In this document: in pieces, positions 51,781-64,000 of the stretch
Numbering within the stretch: position 1 is the stretch's first letter
Layout: each line of letters begins with the position of its first letter
Source of the DNA: Vicugna vicugna
Lineage: Eukaryota
Length of the DNA: 64,000 nt
Reading direction: 5' to 3'
NCBI GenBank assembly: GCA_013265495.1
Contig: MU057744.1
Span: 2,059,370 to 2,123,369 of the forward strand
The notes under the pieces: generated by a model
Told to the model about the DNA's origin: nothing
Databases searched by the model: none
Seen by the model: only the letters and a program-made list of their open reading frames with translations
Made by a program: the position numbers and the translations under genes

Positions 51781-51915
51781 GAGGGTGCTCTTACCGTCCT
51801 GATTTCGCAGGTGAGAAAACTGACCACAGAGAGGTTCCGTGATTTGCACAGAGTCACACAGCTGGCCAGGGGGAGGGCTGCGCCATGAACCCAGGCAGCC
51901 TGGCTCCAGGGCGTC
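51760..51915 (-). mobile_element. MIR SINE at the CpG-island edge
   Basis: GATTTCGCAGGTGAGAAAACTGACCACAGAGAGGTTCCGTGATTTGCACAGAGTCACACAGCT...TGAACCCAGGCAGCCTGGCTCCAG. Confidence 0.8.
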
Positions 51916-53559
51916 TGCCCTTCAGGGCTGCGCTCTGTCACCTTTATGTTTCTGTAGCTCTTTGACTTTCTTAAATGACTTGATAATCTGTATTATAAAC
52001 CACAGATTTTTAATCTTGGTTCTTAAGCAAACTTTGCTGGTTGCATTTAGCAGAAGATGGAGTCGAGGGTGTTTTTCTGGTCACCTTAACACAGTTTTGG
52101 TGTGAATGAAGTGTGATTGTAGATATGTAAAAAAACGCCAAATAAACACGAGACACTGTTGCAGGGTGTGTGTCAAAACTGTCCTCTGAACCAGAGCTTG
52201 CCTGCAAGAGCAGCCTGGCAGCAGGTGGCCGCGGAAGCCACTTAAGAGGCAGCCTTTTCTGAAGTAATGTGCCAACCAAGAACAACTGCTCAGCCAAAGA
52301 AAAAGAATCTTTCAAATTTCTAAAATGCTCAAGCATTGAGGATTGTTAGATTATAGATTTGGATATTGATAGGTGAAAGGAATATTGAAGATTAAATAGA
52401 ACAGAAAATGGCCAACATGACCTCCCAGACTGGGTCAAGTTCATCACTCCTCACTTAGCACCTTTCAGTCACCCTAATTAAAGCACTTAACACATTTTAC
52501 TGAAAATGCTCCTGAGCTGAGTGTCTCCACCTTGGAGGAGGAAGTTAACTGGAGTTAACTTAGATCTACTGGAGTTTTAGTGCTTCTTGCTTCTCTGATG
52601 TAATGGTCTAAGAATTGTGATTTCTAAGGTTTACAAAACAGGGGCTAAGCATTTAGTAAACGTGGATGTACGTTATTAATTATATGACTTTTCTGGGAAG
52701 GGTTATCTATACTTTTCTTAAGTATGAGTGGAGATTTTATTTCAGCAACGTGAAGAAATATTCATGACTTCTCTCTGTTGATATTGTAAAGATACCTCAG
52801 GATTTTAATGAACTGTTATTGTCGTATACTTAAACAGCAGGTGGCATAACTAGATTAACGGGATTAGATTAAGCCCAGGTTAGATTAACTGGAGGAAGAC
52901 CATGCACACAGTGATTGCAATTAAGTTCATCCTGCTGGAAAGGATGGAGTTGGTTTTAAAAAAAAAAAAGGAGAGGGGAAAAGAGTTAGATTTCTTGCAC
53001 ACCTGGATTTGTGAATGAGATTTGTGTCCACTGCATGTGGGGAATAATGTGGGATTTCTAAAAATGAATATTCAGTATCTTGGAATAACCTTTTATGAAA
53101 TTGAATATATATACATATATATATATATTCATTGTAACTGATTATACTTCAATTAAAATTTTTTAAATTAAAAAAATAAAAATATCCATTTTGTGGCATT
53201 ATCTGAACCACAGATAAACACAGTCCAGTACTAGAGGTGGTTCCAAGTCACTTAGGAGTACCACTGTCACCTGGACCCTGTGGGAGATGCTGTGTGACAG
53301 AGAGGGGACTTTGAAGACTCAGTGCCAATCTGTGCTCTGTTCTCGGCTGCAGAAAAGGGATGCCGTCTGGTCGTCCCATTCTGATTTATTCTGCTTTCAC
53401 CTGAACGAGCCAGGGGAAGGTGAGGAGCTTGTTTGCTCCTTGAGAAATGCTCTGCCTTCTTTGTTCCATGAGCCCTAACACTGTCGGAGGCTCTTCTCTT
53501 CGTTCCTCCGTTCTGGGGAAATGGGCGCCACCCAGAAGGAGACTGTGTCCTTCCTGGTA

Positions 53560-53990
53560 TCCATTTCCCCTTATTCCTTTTTAACAGAAGACTGATATAT
53601 TTGGGAAAACAGTTTATCCAGCTATAACACTGTGTGTCTTGGCTCTCCCGCTCTCCGCACCCCCTACGCAGGGGTGGTCAAGGAGATGTAAGAAGATGTC
53701 CTTGGGTGGGGCTGGTGAGGAGGGATGTCAAGGCAATTGACTTACCCGGGAGGTTTTCCTCTTCTTACCTGGAATACAGAGGTGATGCCTGGAACGCCAG
53801 CAGTCCTCCTGTGACGATGGGGCAAACTTGAGTGGAAGCCAAGGGCGATGGGTGGCAGAACAGACAAATGGAAGTAGCCATGGCTCGGATGGCCTGGTAG
53901 AGCTGCCCTAACCACTCTTTTTTACTCAAAAGAGGAAGCTCGTATCTGTTGAGTCGCTTATCCTGGTCTCCATTTCTTGCCAGAGAACAG
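53560..53990 (+). mobile_element. Old MLT1 (J/K/L-like) LTR remnant
   Basis: CCTGGAATACAGAGGTGATGCCTGGAACGCCAGCAG...GATGGGTGGCAGAACAGAC...GGTAGAGCTGCC. Confidence 0.45.
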
Positions 53991-54844
53991 AGGTCCTTTT
54001 CTTCTACATCAGAGCTAGGCTGAGGTAGACTGACTGAAATTAAGAAGTAGCACTTGGAAATTAATCACATAATTAATGAGAGAATTTCTCTGCTGGACAT
54101 GAGACGTCCCCAAGGTCTAATGGCAATGCTTTTACTCCCTCTCTGTTACCAAGATGCTGGGATCTGTCAGTACACAGCCACCCTCCTCTTTCTGTGCCCT
54201 CTTCCTTCTCTGTCTGGTCCCCAGGAGTGAAAATAGACCGAAAAATACCTTAAAGTACAATTAATTTTTCTGTAGAAATCTATCCAAACCCTTCTTGGGT
54301 CATTTACATAATTTTGCATCATTAATCAGAATACTTATGTTCAAGTCGGAATATTTGCATTTGGATTAATTCATAAGTGCTTGGGATTCCCCCATGGACA
54401 GTGATTAAACACTGGCCTGACTTCTTAATGATCAGGATGGCTCTGCCAAGGGGGCCTTCCCAGAACCAAGAGAGCCTACAGGTAATCCAGGAAAATCTAA
54501 TTCTCATCCTTATGCTCTTGGAAGCAAAGGTTGGCAGTTTAAAAATAAACATTTCATTTCCTTCTTTCTGGTCAGGCTTCAGAAATAACAAAGCAGAGTC
54601 TCAGAGCCCCCATCAACACAAATATCTCTGGTGTCAAGGAGATCCTGAGACATTATTATTTTTAATACATTCACTGGGAAAAAATTGAAAATGGGAATAA
54701 GTGTGTGCATTGAGCAAATAATACTGATTCAAAATGAGAACACATCCCTGTAATAATTTTTGTGAGGAGTTCAGTTATACTCCTTTAAATGAGAAAGAAG
54801 TTCCTTAATATGTATCTGTGGGTAGATACTCCTATCCCTTCTTT

Positions 54845-54944
54845 TTATAAAAAATATTTTTGTTGAAGTCTAGTCAGTTTACAATGCTGTGTCAATTTCT
54901 GGTGTACAGCACAATGCTTCAGTCATATAGGAACATACATATAT
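54845..54944 (-). mobile_element. Very short L1 3' tail
   Basis: TTGAAGTCTAGTCAGTTTACAATG... with TSD TAT(C/T)CCTTCTTT at 54833-54844 and 54945-54956. Confidence 0.85.
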
Positions 54945-56075
54945 TATTCCTTCTTTAGGCACAAAAACTCAACTACAAATTCCTCTCCCCCAGGTTTTTT
55001 TTTTAATGAACTCTCTTTATACTTTTCCTTCATAAAGTGTAATCTCTTTGTAAAGAAGTTTTACACTGAATCCAACCAAGTTCTAAGGAGTAAAGAAGAG
55101 GAAACTGTCAACATTAACAAGGCTAAAGGTGCACATTGTTTTATATACCAAATAAATTCAAAACTGTCCACATTGAATGTGGTTCACCACTGAATTCTGC
55201 ATCACACTGAAACAATAAATGTAAAATCTCTTAATGACAAGTAGTGAGTGGGAAAGAACTGTAAGTTCTCTCTAGTTTGCACTGAATACAGAAGTGTAGT
55301 TGACAAGAAACAATAATACTGGCAAAAATTACCTATTAGACAAGTTTCCTCTTTTTTCCCCTCAATTTTCAAACTTAAGATGCTATTAAAACTGAATTCC
55401 AAAATAATGATAACTTTTAAATGTCTCTAAAGGCAAGAAGGTTACTTCAAACTTGGCCAAAACTATTATGAGAGAGGAGAGAAAATTCATGTTCAGTTTG
55501 TTTCTTTTGGATGCCAGGCCTTTTATCTTAGTTATTCCACTTAATTTTTGCAATAATTCTGTAAAGGAGACATTCTGATCACTGTCATACACATGAGGAA
55601 ACTGAACATCCATTAGAGACATTTACCAAGTTCACAAAGCTGACAAGTGGAGGAGGTTGGTATTAAAACTATGATTTCTCAGGCTCTGTTGCCCTATGTG
55701 GTGGTCAGGTGTTTCCTTTCCTGAAAGGAGTGTTCAAGGGTAAGATCAAATACATTTACAAGGTGCCCTTGTTGGTTGCAAACTGGTACCCATACCGGCC
55801 TTAACTGGGTTTAGCCATGTATTCAGTCCAGATGGTTTAAGCAACCCCTTAGCCTGTCAAGGCTGCATCCTTGAATCAGCTGCAGCTATGGATCATGGGC
55901 AGAACTTACATTCCCAGCATTGGGGTGGAGAGCAAGGAGCCGTTGATTGCTGGGGTCCAGCTAGTGGGTCAGATGGTGCTTACATCCTCTCAAAGACCTC
56001 CTCCAATAGACATGAGTTCTGTGAGGCCAATACAGATGCGTAATCCAAGAAACTGGATTTAATTTCTTGCATTAA

Positions 56076-56570
56076 CATGGATAAATTTAACACTTAAATA
56101 GACGAGAGTCAAGCAAATTGCTCGCCGTAATGTTGGCAAGCCCCATCCAATCAGTTGAAAGCCTGAATAGACCATAAAGGCTGACTCTTCCTCAGTAAGG
56201 GGGAGTTTCTCCTGCTGCACTGTTTTAGAGCTGGGTCACTGGTTTTTCCCTGCCTTCTGGCCTCAACTGAAACTTGAGCTCTTCCTGGGTCTCTCGGCCA
56301 GACTTTGGTCTTCAACTCCACCACTGACTCTTGGTCCTCATGCTTTTTGACTTGGACTGGAACATATCCCATTGGCTCTCCTGAGCCTCCATCTTACCCT
56401 GTAGCTTTTGGGACTTGTCACCTTCCTAATCACAGGAGCAAATTTCTTACAATAAATCATATATATGTGGTTATATGTGTGTGTATATATATGTGTGTGT
56501 GTGTATATATATATGTGTATATATATATATATCTCCTATGGGTTCTTTTTCCCCTGAGAACCCTCATACA
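56076..56570 (+). mobile_element. MLT2 (ERVL) LTR lacking its first ~95 bp; contains a (TA/TG)n microsatellite at about 56459-56532
   Basis: CATCCAATCAGTTGAAAGCCTGAATAGA...GGGACTTGTCACC...AATAAATC...TCCTATGGGTTC...GAGAACCCTCATACA. Confidence 0.85.
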
Positions 56571-56797
56571 CATGGGAACTGAGTTGGGAAAGTTTAACCA
56601 GTTTGACAGGGCCCCTTTTTTGGAGTTTGTGAACCATCATCTGCGTGCTTCCCTACCTCTGTAACTTGTGAGGAACTGCTGGCGTGCATCCGATAGCCGA
56701 TGGAGAGAGGTCACTGTGCCTTGTCATGTTCTGGAAGCTGGAGCCCAACCTAGAACCAACTGCTTAGCTACTTAAGGGAAGGAAAGCCTCCCTTCCC

Positions 56798-56912
56798 TTA
56801 AACATTAGATTTATTCAAAATTACTCTCCTAGACACACCCAGGATAATATTTGACCAAATATCTGAGCGCCCCATAACCCGGTCAAATGAATACATAAAA
56901 TTAACTGTCACA
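56798..56912 (-). mobile_element. MLT2 LTR 5' end, antisense
   Basis: Reverse complement TGTGACAGTTAATTTTATGTATTCATTTGACCGGG...CAGATATTTGGTCAAATATTATCCTGGGTGTGTCT matches the MLT2 start. Confidence 0.8.
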
Positions 56913-57776
56913 TTATGCATGTAAATTTAGGAGGAGAAGAAATTATACTAGTCGGGGCACAAGGAGGTCAGGTGTTGAATTTCTCTCTACTGATTACCAG
57001 CCAGGAGGTTTAGCCACTTTATTTTCTAAGAGGACACTAAAAGCATGAGTTTAAAATGAGATTATGTATAAAGTGATTTACTAAGCTGTAAAACACTAAA
57101 CAAACAAAAGATTCTAGTATTACAATCAGGATGGTAGCCTTTGGAAGCACCAACTTGAGAATGGACAGTTAGCAATTTTTAACCTTGCTTGTGACAGCAG
57201 CCTCCTTGCGCTGCAGAAGAAAGCCAGTCTCGCAGAGGACGTTAAACCACTTTCTCGGTGCCCCTCGGCATTCATGAGCATCCCTGAAGGGGGAACAGCA
57301 GAGAAGAGAGAGTGCTTTGTGTCTGTCTTGAGTGAGGAGCAGAGCAGGCAGAGAAGCTGGGAATAAGCAGGCATCACTCCAGCAAGATCTGGACAGAGTG
57401 GTTGTTTGATATTGCCTCATAGGAAATTTCTTGGCTTCCAGATCATTTTAAGAGGCAGAGAAAATAGAAATTCTGTTCACAGGAGGCAGCATGTGGCACT
57501 ATTGGATTGTGGAAACGAGAAGTCCGGCCAGCAGTGCTTTGCTGGCCATGGAGTCTTTCTTGTAGTCTTTCATGCATCAGAAAAAGCAGAAGTTAAATGT
57601 GAACTTAATCACTTTTTCGTTTTTGTCAGGATGGATGTGTTTTGATATGTCTTGATTTTTTTAGGTCTAATCTGAAATCAGACCTAATTTCAGCAGACAC
57701 ATTCTCCTTTTGAAGGGAGATATTCTTTCAGGCTGCTTGTATCTAGGTAAAAATCACTCAGGTATAGGTTTTGGGT

Positions 57777-57861
57777 GGGGGAGTGATATAGCCCAGTGGT
57801 AGAGCGTGTGCTTAGCATGCGTGAGGTTCTGGGTTCCCCAGTACCTCCCCTTTAAAAAAAG
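57777..57861 (+). mobile_element. vic-1-like SINE
   Basis: GGGGGAGTGATATAGCCCAGTGGTAGAGCGTGTGCTTAGCATGCGTGAGGTTCTGGGTT...CAGTACCTCC plus A tail. Confidence 0.88.
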
Positions 57862-58408
57862 CAAAATACATACATACAGGTTTTGAGAGTCAAACTGAGA
57901 GGTGTAGATGTTATTTATTAAGTGTAAATAATGCATTTCATTAGGTCTAAAAACTCAGGAGTTCTTTGGACTTTCAGTTTTTCATCTCAGTAGATTTGGG
58001 TTCTATGTTGAGTTTTAAGCTTCAGGGGATGTGTGTTTTGCCGGATATGGGCTAGTTTTGGGGGTAGTGGTGAGATGGGAAGGGGAGGTAGATTTGGTCC
58101 TTGATGCATCTGGCCAATTAGGTATCTGCTGGGATGAGCATCTCCTTGTCTGGGACCTGAGTCCCTTTCAGTTGAACAGCTCCATCTTCTTCTTCCCAGC
58201 CACTCCTGGATACTTAAAGAATCCATGCTGAGTCTGTTTTCAAGAGGGGTCTCACAAATCTCCCAAATTAGCTCCCTGCCCCTGCCTAGATAGTCCATTT
58301 ATTTTTGGAATCTTTGAATATCTTGTGACAGAAAGTGAGACTGTTCTGAAAGTGATGGAAGCCCAGGGCCAGCTTGATGAGTGTTCATGGGCCAAAGAAA
58401 TGAGGGTC

Positions 58409-58532
58409 GGGGGGGAGGGTTCAGCTCAGTGGAAGAGAGCGTGCTTTGCATGCAGGAGGCCCTGGGTTTAACCCCCATACCTCCATTAAATAAATAAACT
58501 TTATTTACCTAATTCCATCCCCCAAGAAAGAT
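58409..58532 (+). mobile_element. vic-1-like SINE
   Basis: A and B box remnants and an (AAAT)n tail. TSD AAA(G/T)AAATGAGG(G/A)TC at 58394-58408 and 58533-58547. Confidence 0.88.
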
Positions 58533-58599
58533 AAATAAATGAGGATCCTAGAGTAAATGTTAATGTAGATTTCTGGACAGATTTATTGATGTATCCCCT

Positions 58600-59041
58600 C
58601 TATAGAGGTTGTGCTGTCTCGTAGTCCCCATGGGCAGCCAGGAGTGCCTTGTTCTCCACTCTGACAACAGAGGGTCTTGTCAAGACTTTGAATTTTTGTC
58701 AATCTGATGAGAAGTAATATCTCGGTATAGTTTTAATCTGCATTTCTCTTACTGTGAATGAGTTTAAATACCTTTCCATATGTCTGAGGGCCATCGTTAT
58801 TCAGTTTTTGTTAATTCTCTGTCCCAGTCTTTCTCACTTTCCGCTAGAATTTGCTGTCTTTGTTTTTTCAATTTTTAAATGTCCTTATGTGTTTAGTAGG
58901 GATTATATTAGTCTGTCCTGTGTGTTGAAAATATTTGCTTCCAATTTGTCATTTGCCTTTTGACCTTGTTTATGTTTTTTTTTAATTCAAAATAAAGTAC
59001 TTAAAAACTTTTTATAGAGTCAATTTATTAACCTTTTCTCT

Positions 59042-59076
<35 letters not shown>

Positions 59077-59160
59077 TGGACTTTCTGTTATATTTAGACA
59101 ACCTTCCCTTACTCTCAGGCTGTAGAGAAATTCACCCCGGTTTTCTTCTAACACTTACAT
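58600..59160 (-). mobile_element. Old L1M fragment
   Basis: TTTTTGTCAATCTGATGAG...TAGTTTTAATCTGCATTTCTCT...TTTCCATATGTCTGAGGGCCAT...GTCAATTTATTAACC. Confidence 0.7.
59045..59074 (+). repeat. (TG)15 microsatellite
   Basis: Perfect dinucleotide run read directly from the sequence. Confidence 0.95.
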
Positions 59161-59321
59161 AACTGCATTGAGCACTTTTGGATTGCTGAGTCACTGGGGA
59201 CTTAGAATGGAATTTCTTTTTTCTCCATTGCATCTCACTGGTTTGCTTTACATTCTTCTTCCCTTCTTCTTTCTAACGTCTTGCATTCTTGGTGGCATTA
59301 TTCATTTCCCTTTTATCATAG

Positions 59322-59836
59322 TATTACCAAGTCCAAGCTCATTCTGCTCGACAGGGCAATAAATCAGGAGATGAGGTGGTGTTGCGGCAAGGAATAACAA
59401 CTTTATTTGAAAAGCGGGCAGACCAAGAAGATGGGGGCCTAATGCCCTAGTGACCATCCTCCCCAAGTCAGAACTCAGGCTCCTTTTATGCTAAAAAGGG
59501 GGGGGGGTGTGGCTGATGGTTGCAAACTTCCTGGCGCTGCAATCCTTCATTCTCGTGGCTGTTCACTTAGGTCAGGTCATGGTGTCCCTGTCAACCTCCA
59601 ACAGATAAACATTATTTTCTGTTCTTCAACTTTTTATGTCTGTGTAAATGGGAAAGTGTTATACCCTTAATGGTCAGATCCCTGAGACTGCTCTCTCCTG
59701 TATATTTGAGCTCTAGGCAACATTCTTTTATGGAAGGTGCAGAACCAGCCCAGGAAACAACACAGGAAACAGAGCACAGGGTTAAAACCAAAGGAACAGA
59801 TCCAATATGGAGTCAGATTTGTTCTTTCCTATTACA
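59322..59836 (-). mobile_element. Solo ERV1-type LTR (family B, copy 2)
   Basis: Reverse-complement homologue of 49763-50197 (e.g. ATGGAGTCAGATTTGTTC vs GAACAAATCTGACTCCAT). Intact AATAAA (TTTATT 59402-59407). Confidence 0.85.
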
Positions 59837-59917
59837 CCACCATTTTTTTAGTTTCCATTTTGTGCTGGTTTATAGGAAGAGCTTCAAGTATTCACCTTCT
59901 CATTCTGCCGTTTAAAG

Positions 59918-60219
59918 CAGTGCACTTGGTGCAAACCAACAGAAGTGTAATGAGTCACGTGTATTTAAAAAAATTTTTTACTAGCTACACTAAAAATCAA
60001 AAGAAACAGAAAACATTGATTTTAATAATATGTTCAATGTAACCATTTCAACATGGAATTAATATAAAATATTTTATGAAATTGTTTACCTGTTTTCCCT
60101 ACTAAGATTTCTTAATCTGTTGTGTATGTTACACTTACAGCCACCTCAGTGTGAACTAGACACACTCAAGTGCCTAAAAGCCACATGTAACCAGTTGCTA
60201 CCATATTGATTGGCACAGA
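59918..60219. mobile_element. MER33-like hAT-Charlie DNA transposon
   Basis: TTTTAATAATATGTTC...CATTTCAACATG...TGTATGTTACACTTACAGC...ACTAGACACACTCAAGTGC...AGCCACATGTAACCAGTTGCTACCATATTG. Confidence 0.7.
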
Positions 60220-62939
60220 TCTAGATAATTCTGCTCATTCTCGTGGAGAACACTGTGGATCTGAACAGTACCTCCAGCATCAAGAATTTGGGAGACTTGA
60301 TCCAGAAGGAGGATTTTAAATGGTTCTGTGAACTTTCAGAAATCCCTGGATGAGAACCCTGAAGGTATGATTCTCCAAATAAGGGGCAAAGATCATATAT
60401 GTAGGTTCCCTTTTTTCTGTCTTTTTAAAATGTGTTCTTAAGAGTCTGACCATACTATGGGCAATAGGCCAACTAGAAGATGACTGTGACCGCTGTTTCT
60501 GTGTGAGCAGAGCCTGCATTACATGCCTCATGGTGGGGAGCTCTCTTTTCTTGTCTTGCTGGCAACATCAATAGTGAAGCATCAAGATTCCACAAACCTG
60601 CTTGGTTTTTGTCACCCTGATGCCTTCCAGGAGGTCATGGCCACTAGAGAGAAATCCTCATGTTGGGGAAAGGTAGAGTTAGGTTTAAAGCAATCCCTGC
60701 GATTTTAGATGATGGGGTAGGGTACCCTTTCCCAGGTGGATCAATTTTAGAACATCTGCTTCTTCAGAAATGGTGACCAGTCATTCTTGAATGAAATGAA
60801 AAGGTTCTGGAATGAAGAGTATTTTGCTGGCATTAAAGCAGTGTCTGTTGAATGACCACTCTGTCATTGACGACACCCTTGGAAAATGGGCCATAGGTTA
60901 TCAAGCTGCTACACGGCAGGATAACACAAATCAGAGGGGAGAAGGAATCTGGTAAAGACTCGCTGATAAAAATCTCTAAAGGGTGTTCTACGGCTCACGG
61001 AATATTTGTAATCCTCTTGCCATAGTCTTTTGAGAACTGGAGAAACCTAAGGACCCTGAAAAACCTGCACGAAGCGCATACACGCAATGTTTGTTGGTAA
61101 TTCCAGGGCGGACTGAGGGCAAAGTGTTCACAAACCCCAGAGTGGGAGGTGGGGCTGATCTAATGTCCAGTCTTACTTAGAGCAACGCGCAGTTACCCTT
61201 TAGTCTGTTGGAGACAGAAGCAGTGAACCGCTGTGGTCAGAGAGAGACAGCGTCTTTCCTTGCGGCATTTAAGTAGCTGGAGATCAGAATCTTAGGCTCT
61301 GAGTCCCATTTACTTCTTTGGAGCCCCTAGTGCCCCACATTATGAGGAGAGGCCTGTAAAAGGAGAGTGATGAATCCTTTTTTATCCTCAAGGAAGATAG
61401 GATTACCCAGTGTATGATCCGATGTGAAGTTCTATAATGCAGATTTACAAACACAGACCAGATGGCAAAATCATCTCTAAATACTGTGGGACTGTATAGT
61501 GCACAGAATGCATTGATAAGGCTTACGTGGTTTTACTTCTGATTTTCCATAAGTAATTCATGGTTAGGGATCAGAAAGTCACTATGGTATTTTGCTCAAG
61601 GGACCACGGTTTAAACTTCCTGGCCCAGTTCCTGCCTGCTTTTGCAGAAAAGTTGCTTTCTAGTCAGGAACATGCAGCTGCCAGCAAGCAGTCAAGCAGA
61701 CAAGTTTCTGTCTCAAAAAGGATGCTATGTCTTTGGGCTAAGATATTCTGGGAATAAAAGCCTTTCGACTTTGGCTGAGCCCTGTGAAACAACATCACTG
61801 CTGACTGCAGCATGAGCATCTGAAGTCCAGGCGTGGGCTGCACAGAGGCGTTTTGTTTCGTTTTCTGACAGCTATGGATTTTAGAGTCGGTCTCCTGGGT
61901 CATTCATGCTGAGCACAGAGTGAAAGGATTTTCTCTTTCCTCCTAGAACTTTAAATACAAATAAAAACAGTGTTTGTATTGGGGACCCCGCCACGGAGTT
62001 ACACACTAGAGTCCCAGACAACCCAAACTTCAGCTGAAATAACCTGGCTTTGTGTTTCCAAACAGTGGCTATTTCCCAGATGGGAGATGGACTACACACA
62101 CCTTTGGTCAGGGCACCGATTCTAAAGGAAATCTCTTTGTGAAGAGGGGTGTTTGGTAACTTGAGGAGCCAACCAGAACAGACAGGCCCAGTGGGTGGAA
62201 CTGAAGTCAGCTCCACCGCAGGGTGGCGTGGCTGTGAGGCCGTGGACTAGTCTCTGACTCCCAGATCCACAGATCCGGTGTAAGGGTGAGTGAGCGGAGG
62301 GACACACAGGGGTTTTGAAGACCCAGTGACACGAAGTAAATAGTAGCTGAATTAGGATATTTCTGGGATTGTCTCCTTTCTGTCCTTGAGTGATTAGAAT
62401 AGAAAAGTCAGCAGAGAAGCAAGCCGTGCGGGAGGCCCACAGCTGTTCAGAGCAGCCTGGGAATGATGCGCTGGGTACAGGCCACTGAGGGCTTTTCCAG
62501 GCCGTGTGCTCCCCAGCCTCGTGCCTCTCCTCCCGGAGGGGCGGCCTTTGCCGGGCTGCCAGCTCCGTGGGCAGCTCAGGAGCAAGGCGCAGTGACTCCG
62601 AGGCTGGGAGTGCCGGGGCTGCACGTGGGGGCCCAGGACGAGGGGCTGGCTGGGATGCAGACCAGGGCAGCAGCAGGGGCGCGGGCAGGAAGGAGAGGGT
62701 GTAAGAAGAGTGAGATGGGACACAAAGCCAAAAGCTGAGCAGCCTGTTCTGAGCTCCTCTCTCAGGTGGACCGCTGACTTGAGACCTATGTGACTGGGGT
62801 GGGACTATGGGTGTGATTCTCCTGCAGCGATACTAAAAGCTTTGCAAGCCTACAGTGACATTTGTCATTATTTTTAGTGACAGTGCACGTTTGCTTCTTC
62901 AGGCTGCAGTGGAAGGAGACAGGTGTTAGTGAGCCCCAG

Positions 62940-63125
62940 CATCCCTACCGCACTGCATCCCTGCATTAGATCACTGCATCGTGGCTCTGTGTCCCTGTGC
63001 TGAATCACTGCGTCAGTGCACTGCATTCCTGCATCACCACACTGCATCATTTCATCACTGCATTACTGCACTGCATCACTGTCACATTGTATTGCATCTC
63101 TGCGTTACTGCACTCTGTTACTCTG
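62940..63125 (+). repeat. Degenerate minisatellite built from CACTGCAT / CACTG units
   Basis: Many (CA)CTGCAT variants in tandem, e.g. CACTGCATTACTGCACTGCATCACTG. Confidence 0.75.
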
Positions 63126-64000
63126 GGAGGACATGATGCCCTCATGCTTGGTGGGGGCTTGGCTGCTTCTGCAGTGAAGCCTAGGTTAGAGAGATTTTAG
63201 TGATGCTGTGAGGAACAGATACTGTCATATTAATTGCAGCCTTTTTTTCTTTCCTGCTTTACTTTCCCTCCCTTTTTCTTCCCACTCAGAAAAATCCATA
63301 TTCTGAGATAAACTGTTACCAGGTGAAACCATAACCTCTGTCAATGTCCCACAGCTTAAAGGGAAACTCCAAATATTTTTGTATCTTTTAATAGCTTTTC
63401 TAAGGGCACTTACTCAACATCAGGCTCTCCATTAGTCTGTTATTTACAGTAAGTGTGCCATTTAAGGCACACGGAAAGAACCCTCTTGAAATGTGCTATC
63501 ACACTGTTACATGGCGATTCCTGTAGATGCGAAAACAGCAGGTTAAATGTGACCTGGTCCCTGAGAGACAGAACTAGTGGTGAAGCCCCAGCTACCTGTA
63601 CCTATTTCTTTGTGTCCATCACCTTCCTACAGTCCCCACGTCAGCAAAACAACTGACCGAAGCAACACCATTTCCAAGCTAACTGGCTAAGGCCTTGTCT
63701 GGAAGCAGAGAGCTGATTTCAGTACCCACCTCACTCCCCCATTCCCTGTAACCTCACTCCTGAGTGCGTCACGCACCCCTGCCTCTCACCTCCTCTCTGT
63801 CCTGCTTCTGCGCCTTGACAGCTTTAGCACGTGAATCCCGGCCATGCTCTCTTCCCTGCGCAGGCTCTGGGCTTCCTTGCTGGTTCTTTCAGGACTCCAC
63901 CCGCCCCTTCAGCCTCCAGTCCCTTCCCCTCCCTGTGTGCTGGCCTGCTGGCCTTGTCCTGTTTGCTCTTGTGAGTTGCTAACGGCTATTTGACCCCACC

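Noticed and set aside
52215..52235. CTCF-like motif GGCAGCAGGTGGCCGC
   Set aside because: Only a partial consensus match; it cannot be supported without a PWM score or ChIP data.
49763..59836. Inverted family-B LTR pair as terminal inverted repeats of a composite element
   Set aside because: Copy 1 has its own TSD and the copies differ by large indels, so they are independent insertions.
60240..60860. Short open frames with exon-like composition (e.g. NGDQSFLNEMKRFWNEEYFAG)
   Set aside because: They end in stops without consistent donors and match no protein I recognise.
1..64000. CRISPR array, operon or other prokaryote-like system
   Set aside because: The sequence is mammalian, with no regularly spaced repeat-spacer structure and no dense coding regions.

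Overview
This is mammalian genomic DNA, most likely camelid. It carries five tRNA-derived SINEs of the camelid vic-1 type, many short L1 3' ends, and artiodactyl-type Tigger1 and MER41-like elements; I saw no Alu, Bov-A/Bov-tA or PRE-1 SINEs. I could not recognise any host protein-coding exon: the supplied ORFs look like chance, GC-driven or transposon-derived frames. The window is intergenic or intronic and dense in repeats (L1, ERV1/ERVL/MaLR LTRs, DNA transposons, MIR). It has one strong CpG-island promoter at about 50.15-51.78 kb with E2F, E-box, tandem ETS and NRF1-like motifs and candidate splice donors on both strands, so it is probably bidirectional. I cannot name the gene(s). The most interesting structures are two poly(A)-tailed LTR fragments with long target-site duplications (TSDs) that look like L1-mediated retrocopies of ERV transcripts; a solo ERV1 LTR abutting the CpG island with an intact TATA box and a mutated poly(A) signal; an apparent ~0.7 kb inversion splitting an MLT2 LTR; a twin-primed L1; and isolated candidate non-coding exons. 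I found no evidence of a novel multi-gene system. Repeat family names come from recalled consensus sequences, not from a search.
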